Assembly (NCBI GenBank): GCA_963816185.1
Contig: CAWFJJ010000001.1
Span: 288,001-352,000 of the forward strand
Origin: Thermoanaerobaculia bacterium
GTDB lineage: Bacteria; Acidobacteriota; Thermoanaerobaculia; UBA5066
Direction of reading: 5' to 3'
Length of the DNA stretch: 64,000 bases
The position numbers and the translations under genes were made by a program. Positions within the stretch are counted from its first letter, which is position 1. Each line of letters starts with the position of its first letter. This document shows positions 58,567-64,000 of this stretch, in pieces. Below the pieces are notes generated by a model. It worked only from the letters and a program-made list of their open reading frames with translations. It did no database searches and was not told where the DNA came from.

Positions 58567-60663
58567 TCATTCAGAAGGCGCCGCGGGAGGCTTCGTGGAA
58601 GTCGGCGCTGGAACGACTCCGGCCCGTCCGGGTGGCGTTATCCAGAGCTCGACGCCCGGGAATCGGCGTGGATCGGGAAGAATGAACTTGGGAGCCGCCC
58701 CAAGGGCGCGCGCCATCCGCTCCCAGTAGAGGCGCTGGGCGACGAGCCCTCCGAAGTGATGCGAAGACGCCGCGAGCTTCTCGAACACGTGTGCATCGGA
58801 GGCGGCCTGGCTCGTCACGAGAAGGCGCTGCGCGTCCGCAGCCAGGACTTGCCTGGCCGCCTCGCCCGCGGCAAGGCGTACGGTGGATTCCTGCTCGACG
58901 AGGGCCCGATTTCGCGTCGTCGTCCGGTCCTCGGCCGCAGAGGCCACGTCCCGGAAGGCCGCGTGCACCTCGTCCGGTGCGTGGACGTAGAGGAGCTCCA
59001 CGGCGAGCGCTTTCACGCCGAGCGTCTCCTCCAGGCGTGCCGCCTTTAGCCGGGCGAGAACTGCGCCTTCGACTCCTGCGCGGCCCGACGCGTAGAGCGC
59101 GTCGAGCTCGGTGCCGGCGATCTCCGACGTCATGGCCGCGCGGGCGACCCCCCGGAGCGATCGTTCGACGTCGGATGGCCCGAAGGCGAAGCGGGTGGGG
59201 TCGACGACACGCCACAAGATCGAGGCGGTGGCGTCGACGACGCTTTCGTCTCCCGTCACGTAACGGGATTCGGAAAGAACCCGATTCCCCGCCAGCGGAT
59301 ACAGATCCGCCGCGGCCTTTCCGGTCCGGTAGCCGAGTTCCAGGACATGCATGCGACCAACCGAGATGCGCCGCGAGATGCCGATCGGCCACGGAAGGAG
59401 CACGTGCCCGCCTGGCTCTCGTGGTTCTCCGACCGGACGCCCGAACGCAGTGACGATCCCACGCTCTCCGGGTCGCACGACGAAGAAGGCAGTCGAGACC
59501 CAGAAGACCAAGAGCACGAGACCAGCCATCCGCACGATCAGCCTCCACGGAATTCGCGGCCGCAGGACGCCGAGAAGAACGCGGGCCTCGCGGAGCCCGG
59601 CACGCATCTCGCCCCACGCGTGCTTGAAGCTGCCTCGCCTCACGCTGAGCACGAGAAGCACGACAAAGGCGAGCGCGGCGAGGATCTCCAGCCAGACGAG
59701 CGTGCCGCTCGGCGCTTCCGAGCCGGGCCCCATGAGCGTCGCGGCGCTGCGGGAGACCAGCGTGTCGAACGCCAGGCCGGCGAGCATCGCGACCGCGAAG
59801 ACCGCGCCGAGATAGAGAGCGAGGATCCGGCGGCCGAAGAGCCGTGCCACGACGGCCAGGGTCGGCAGGTTCGTCGCCGGGCCTGTGAGCATGTAGACGA
59901 GTCCGGCTCCGGGGCTCAACCCTTTCGCGATGAGGACCGCGGCGACAGGCGTCGAGCCGCTCGCGCACACGTAGGTCGGGATGCCCGCGAGGGCGGCCGC
60001 CGCCATGCCCAGGACGGGATTCGGAAAGAAGCGGGCGAGCGAGTCCGGTCCAAGACTGGCGTCGAGGAGCGCCGAGAGAACGAATGCGAGGGTCAGCCAG
60101 GGCGCCAGCTCGTCGAAGATCTCGACGAAGCCACGCCGAAGAGCGCGCTCGAACCTCTCGCGAAGAGAGGTTTCCCGTTGGGCCGATTCCGGCATTTCGT
60201 CCGGGGCTTCCGGGTGCTCCGGTTCCGGGTCTGTCACCGGCTCCGAATCCACCCGGCGACGCGCGGTCACGAGCGTGAGAACGCCCGCCACGAGGGCCGT
60301 TGCGACGGCGGCCACGGGCCGGGCGATCATCATGGCGGGGCCCAGGTAGCCGTATGTCAGAAGGATGGAATCGATTCCGGTCTCGGGAGTCGAGATCAGA
60401 AACGCGACGACCGCTCCCGGGCTGGCGCCCTTCCTCCGGAGCTCCCGCGCCGCCGGGACTACGCTGCACGAGCACAAGGGAAGCGGCACCCCGAGAAGCG
60501 TCCCGAGGAAGACCGGTCGAAGACCGCCGCCGCCGAGAAGGTGAGTGATCCGGTCGGCGCGAACGAACTCGGCGAGGATGCCGGCCAGAAGGAAGCCGCC
60601 CAGGAGGAACAGGCTTCCGCCCAGGAAGACTCGGATCAGCGCCGACGTGAAAGTTCCGATCAT
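58567..60663 (-). CDS. DUF318/ArsP (SO_0444-like) metal permease fused to an HflK/SPFH domain
   Basis: PLPLCSCSVVP, STPETGIDS, YVCASGSTP, GPATN; then VTAFG, YVTGDE, WRVVDP, VHAAFRDV, RLYWE, all in one frame. Confidence 0.85.
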   Translation of the reverse strand: MIGTFTSALIRVFLGGSLFLLGGFLLAGILAEFVRADRITHLLGGGGLRPVFLGTLLGVPLPLCSCSVVPAARELRRKGASPGAVVAFLISTPETGIDSILLTYGYLGPAMMIARPVAAVATALVAGVLTLVTARRRVDSEPVTDPEPEHPEAPDEMPESAQRETSLRERFERALRRGFVEIFDELAPWLTLAFVLSALLDASLGPDSLARFFPNPVLGMAAAALAGIPTYVCASGSTPVAAVLIAKGLSPGAGLVYMLTGPATNLPTLAVVARLFGRRILALYLGAVFAVAMLAGLAFDTLVSRSAATLMGPGSEAPSGTLVWLEILAALAFVVLLVLSVRRGSFKHAWGEMRAGLREARVLLGVLRPRIPWRLIVRMAGLVLLVFWVSTAFFVVRPGERGIVTAFGRPVGEPREPGGHVLLPWPIGISRRISVGRMHVLELGYRTGKAAADLYPLAGNRVLSESRYVTGDESVVDATASILWRVVDPTRFAFGPSDVERSLRGVARAAMTSEIAGTELDALYASGRAGVEGAVLARLKAARLEETLGVKALAVELLYVHAPDEVHAAFRDVASAAEDRTTTRNRALVEQESTVRLAAGEAARQVLAADAQRLLVTSQAASDAHVFEKLAASSHHFGGLVAQRLYWERMARALGAAPKFILPDPRRFPGVELWITPPGRAGVVPAPTSTKPPAAPSE

Positions 60664-61373
60664 GACTTCGAGAGGACGATTGCGAGGTAGATGACGACCG
60701 CCCCGAAGACGGACATCAGGCTCGTCACGACCTTGGGGTGGCGATGGTGGCTCTCGGGAATCAGATCGCTCGCGCCGATGAAGAGAAAGAACCCGCAGAA
60801 CAGGGCGAGGAGGATTCCGAGGTGATCCTCCCTCAGCGAGAGGAACGTGGTGGCGAGGACGCCTGCGATCGGAGCCGCCGCGTCGAGCAGGAGCCACCGA
60901 AACGCGGTGCGGCGGTTTTCCGCGCCCCTGAGGACCACGCCCACGGTGTTGATGCCGTCCGAGAAGTCGTGGGCCACGACCGCGATCGCGACGACGACCC
61001 CCACCGCCGCTGAGGCCTGAAAGGCGAAGCCGAGCCCCACGCCGTCGAGGATGCTGTGACACACGAGGCTGCCCGCTCCGAGCCACGTCGGTGTGTGCAC
61101 ATGCTCGTCGTCTCCATGCGCGTGCAAGAGGAGCGTCCGGCTCAGAAGCATGTAAAGGAGGAATCCCGTCGCGACGATGGCGGTGACCGCCGGTGTCCCG
61201 TATCGCTTGCCCCCGAGCTCGAGGGCTTCCGGGAGGAGGTCGAAAAACGCGACCCCGATGACGGCGCCGGCGCTGAATCCGAGGATGAGATGCAGCTTGT
61301 CCTGCCGCTTGAGCGCCAGGAGGCCGCCGGCTAGCGTGGCCAGCCCGGCGGCGCAGCCTAGGAGGAGGACCAT
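60660..61373 (-). CDS. ZIP family metal transporter
   Basis: GFSAG, LLPEA, HAHGDDEHVH loop, HSILDG, HDFSDG, DLIPE. Confidence 0.9.
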   Translation of the reverse strand: MVLLLGCAAGLATLAGGLLALKRQDKLHLILGFSAGAVIGVAFFDLLPEALELGGKRYGTPAVTAIVATGFLLYMLLSRTLLLHAHGDDEHVHTPTWLGAGSLVCHSILDGVGLGFAFQASAAVGVVVAIAVVAHDFSDGINTVGVVLRGAENRRTAFRWLLLDAAAPIAGVLATTFLSLREDHLGILLALFCGFFLFIGASDLIPESHHRHPKVVTSLMSVFGAVVIYLAIVLSKS

Positions 61374-61387
61374 GAGCCAGCCCTGAC

Positions 61388-61422
61388 CTCCGACGGGGGC
61401 GAAAGCCCGCCCCCGTCTGGAG
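61388..61422. promoter_or_regulatory. Intercistronic GC-rich hairpin between the TBDR and ZIP genes
   Basis: GACGGGGGCG-AAAGCC-CGCCCCCGTC, extendable by CTCC/GGAG into the ZIP SD. Confidence 0.6.
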
Positions 61423-61439
61423 CTCGCATCGACGCGCCC

Positions 61440-63878
61440 CTAGAACTCAAACTTGATCCGCGCCGCCCACGTCCGCGGCGGAACCACGTGCGTACCTCCG
61501 AAAACGGACTGGAAGTTGTAGAGCCCCTTGACGTCGAAGGCGTTCAGGAGATCGCCCTGCAGCTCGAACGGGAGGCCGTATTTCTGGAGGCGCGCGCCGA
61601 GCGAGAAGCTCCAGATCGTGCGCGACTTGACGCGCTGGGGGTCCTCGTCGAACCGGATGTACGGCGCCGCGTACGCGGTGTCCGGGCTCGAGAGGACGTC
61701 GTCGATCGTGCCCGCGTCCGTGACGAGGCCCGAGTCGTAGCGTTGCGTCATGCCGGCCCAGAGGCCGGTCTGGCCGAAGTCGTAGAAGAAGCCGGCCTGC
61801 TCCTGGATGTCCTGGTCGTGGTCGATCAGGAAGCAGCCGCCGCCGAGGGTGTCGAGGGCGCCGGCGTCGAGGAATAGCCCGCCGACGAACGGGTTGCAGT
61901 ACTCCGCGTGCACGTGACCGACCGAGACGTAGCCCCTCAGGCCGCCGAGGACTGGCGCGAGGTCGAGCCGCGCGTTCCAGCCGTTCAGATTCCCGCTCTC
62001 GAAGTTGAGCGGAAAGACGATTCCCGTGTTGAAGAACTGATCCTGGTCGGCCGCGTTCTTCACCTTGCGATACCAGTACGAGACGTCGAGGCGCAGCTTC
62101 GATCCGATTCCCTGTTGGATCCCGGCGTTGTACACATCGTGCCGTTCGGAGAGATTGAAGAGCTGGCCGCCGCCGAGCGCCTGCGCGTCCTGGATCTCAG
62201 GCGGGGCGACCGATCTCGCCTGCGCGGAAGAGGACAAGAGGATGTTCTCGTACTCGGGCGTGATGAACATGCGGTTGTACGAGGCGCGGAACACGGTGCT
62301 CGTCGCCTCGAGGAGATACGCAACGCCGATGCGCGGCTGGAGCTGGCTCTCGGAAAGGAAGAGCTCGTTGTGGTCGAAGCGTACGCCGGCGTTCACGGTG
62401 AGGCCGTTCCACCGGATGTTGTCCTGCAGATACGCCGCGACGTACGTTCCCGTCTTCGAGTCGGCGAACTGGAAAACCGAGCCGCCGCGCGTGAGGTCGT
62501 ACGGCGCCAGGTTCGGGTTGTAGCCATCGGCGTTTGGGTCGTTGAAACCGGGGTCCGTGATGCCGAACGTGAACTGCTCCCGGATCGGAAAGCGTTTCGC
62601 CTGAACCCCGACCTTGAGCTCGTTGATACCCGCCGTCTTCGAAAGCGCGAAATTGATTCCCTGATTCTCGAGAGACCGGTTCTGGTCGGCCTGGACGGGC
62701 GTGTCGTAGGGCGAGGAATAGAGCGTCAGGCGGTTATCGCGACCGTAGGCCTGCCCCTCGACCACCCAGCCGCCGGGGAGAACGTTCTGATAGCCGAGGT
62801 TCGCGTTCCAGTCGTTGGACTGGATGCGCTGGTCCTGGCCGGCAACCTCCTGCGAGGGCAGGTTCGTGACATCACGTTTCGTCCGGCCGATGTTGCTCGT
62901 CAGGCGCCAGGAGGTCGACTCGTCCGCGGAGACGGCGTCGAGGCGGATGAAGGCCCGCAGCGAGTTGCCGACGTTGTGGAAGCTGTCGAACGACACGGGG
63001 TCGAGGAACCGATCGGAACGGGAGCCGTCGGCATCCGCGAACCATCCGAACCGCGCATTCCCGCCGCCGGCGGAGGCCGAAGCCGAGCCCGTGTTGAATC
63101 GTGCGCCTCCCACCGTCACGTCGCCTTTCACGCCGTTCGTTCCGAGGCCGGAGCGCGTCGTCAGGTTGATCACGCCGTTCGCCTTCTCGCCGTACTCCGC
63201 CGGGATGCCGCCCGTGACGACTTCGAGGCTCTGCGCGACGCTCGGATCCAGGGAGTTCGAGAACGTGATGCCGATCTGGTCCCCGATCGGCTGTCCGTCG
63301 ATGACGAGGAGCTGCTGAGAGTGCCCGCCCTGGAAGTGATAGCGGCCGTTCTCGTCCTGAGAGAAGCCCGGCGTCGAGGTCACGATCGACTCGAACGCCC
63401 GCCCCGGCACGGCGGCCGCGGTCCTCTGGATGAGCGACTTGTCGATGTCGATGTGGGTCATGGCCGTGTCGCTTTCCAGCTCGACGCCCTCCTTCTCGGC
63501 CGTCACGGACTCGGCCGCCGTCGTCTCGATCCCGAGCGAGATCTCGCGCGTCACGGGGACGCTCCCTCGCACATCCACGTCGGTGTGAAACGGGGTGAAG
63601 CCCTGCAGATTCGCCGTGAGGTGATACGGGTTCGGGGGCACGTTGTAGAAGAGGTAGCTTCCGTCGCCTCCCGACGTGGTCTGCTGCCGGTACCCGGTGA
63701 TGTCGTTCGCGAGAACGACCGTAACGCCCGGAAGAGGCTTGCCGTCCGGGCCGGCAACGTGTCCGCGGATCTGGCCGCCAGTGGCGGTCGACGCGGACGC
63801 CGGGTGCGAGCCGATGAAAAGGACCGCGAAGAGAAACGAGACAAATGCGGCGCTGCGCGCCGCGCTTCGAAAAGTCAT
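61440..63878 (-). CDS. TonB-dependent receptor with N-terminal carboxypeptidase-regulatory-like domain
   Basis: Signal peptide; GQIRGHV..PGVTV; plug GGIPAEYG..GVINLTTRSG; barrel ending in terminal Phe (IKFEF). Confidence 0.92.
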   Translation of the reverse strand: MTFRSAARSAAFVSFLFAVLFIGSHPASASTATGGQIRGHVAGPDGKPLPGVTVVLANDITGYRQQTTSGGDGSYLFYNVPPNPYHLTANLQGFTPFHTDVDVRGSVPVTREISLGIETTAAESVTAEKEGVELESDTAMTHIDIDKSLIQRTAAAVPGRAFESIVTSTPGFSQDENGRYHFQGGHSQQLLVIDGQPIGDQIGITFSNSLDPSVAQSLEVVTGGIPAEYGEKANGVINLTTRSGLGTNGVKGDVTVGGARFNTGSASASAGGGNARFGWFADADGSRSDRFLDPVSFDSFHNVGNSLRAFIRLDAVSADESTSWRLTSNIGRTKRDVTNLPSQEVAGQDQRIQSNDWNANLGYQNVLPGGWVVEGQAYGRDNRLTLYSSPYDTPVQADQNRSLENQGINFALSKTAGINELKVGVQAKRFPIREQFTFGITDPGFNDPNADGYNPNLAPYDLTRGGSVFQFADSKTGTYVAAYLQDNIRWNGLTVNAGVRFDHNELFLSESQLQPRIGVAYLLEATSTVFRASYNRMFITPEYENILLSSSAQARSVAPPEIQDAQALGGGQLFNLSERHDVYNAGIQQGIGSKLRLDVSYWYRKVKNAADQDQFFNTGIVFPLNFESGNLNGWNARLDLAPVLGGLRGYVSVGHVHAEYCNPFVGGLFLDAGALDTLGGGCFLIDHDQDIQEQAGFFYDFGQTGLWAGMTQRYDSGLVTDAGTIDDVLSSPDTAYAAPYIRFDEDPQRVKSRTIWSFSLGARLQKYGLPFELQGDLLNAFDVKGLYNFQSVFGGTHVVPPRTWAARIKFEF

Positions 63879-63889
63879 GTCAGTCGATG

Positions 63890-63980
63890 CCTCCACGAAG
63901 AAAGCCTCTGATCGCGGAGGGTGCGTACCCCCCGACCGTGAATGACGACGTCGGAACGTGTCTTCTAAACGGCCAGGGAG
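63890..63980 (-). promoter_or_regulatory. Translational RNA switch upstream of the TBDR
   Basis: Minus-strand CTCCCTGGCCGT pairs with ACGGTCGGGGGG; GGGGGGT/ACCCTCC is alternative to CCTCCGCGA/TCGTGGAGG (SD). Confidence 0.65.
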
Positions 63981-64000
63981 ACGGGGGGCGCGCGGGCGGG
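63965..64000 (-). CDS. 3' end of a RAPP-motif uORF (partial)
   Basis: Minus-strand translation PARAPPVSLAV* ending 86 nt before the TBDR start. Confidence 0.7.
   Translation of the reverse strand, partial: PARAPPVSLAV

Noticed and set aside
40-63945. Numerous long Arg/Gly/Pro-rich ORFs in the track (e.g. 40-1821, 2499-4286, 4410-6554, 25927-28059, 44081-46495)
   Set aside because: Shadow or antisense frames of real genes in high-GC DNA; no recognisable motifs.

Overview
High-GC bacterial chromosomal segment. The gene repertoire (IPTL-CTERM/CSLREA surface protein, tricorn protease, PCRxxDTR-type tail, many secreted hydrolases) suggests Acidobacteriota, probably Thermoanaerobaculia; this is inference. 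There are about 45 genes, mostly secreted hydrolases/amidases, plus a vapBC module, gltB, lysA, peptidoglycan-recycling enzymes, a two-component system and two convergent metal-uptake operons at the right end. I found no rRNA, tRNA, CRISPR array or transposase. Seven genes in the first 26 kb carry frameshifts that look like read/assembly errors. Most notable: (1) both metal operons are led by uORFs ending in RSPP/RAPP arrest motifs, each coupled to the same three-helix anti-SD/anti-anti-SD RNA switch; (2) one operon encodes a metal permease fused to an HflK/SPFH domain, followed by hflC and hflK; (3) a complete ilv-type (Val/Ile/Leu) leader-peptide attenuator sits in front of glutamate synthase gltB; (4) an AT/purine-rich ~25-bp element recurs in-frame inside coding sequences, twice as inverted pairs.
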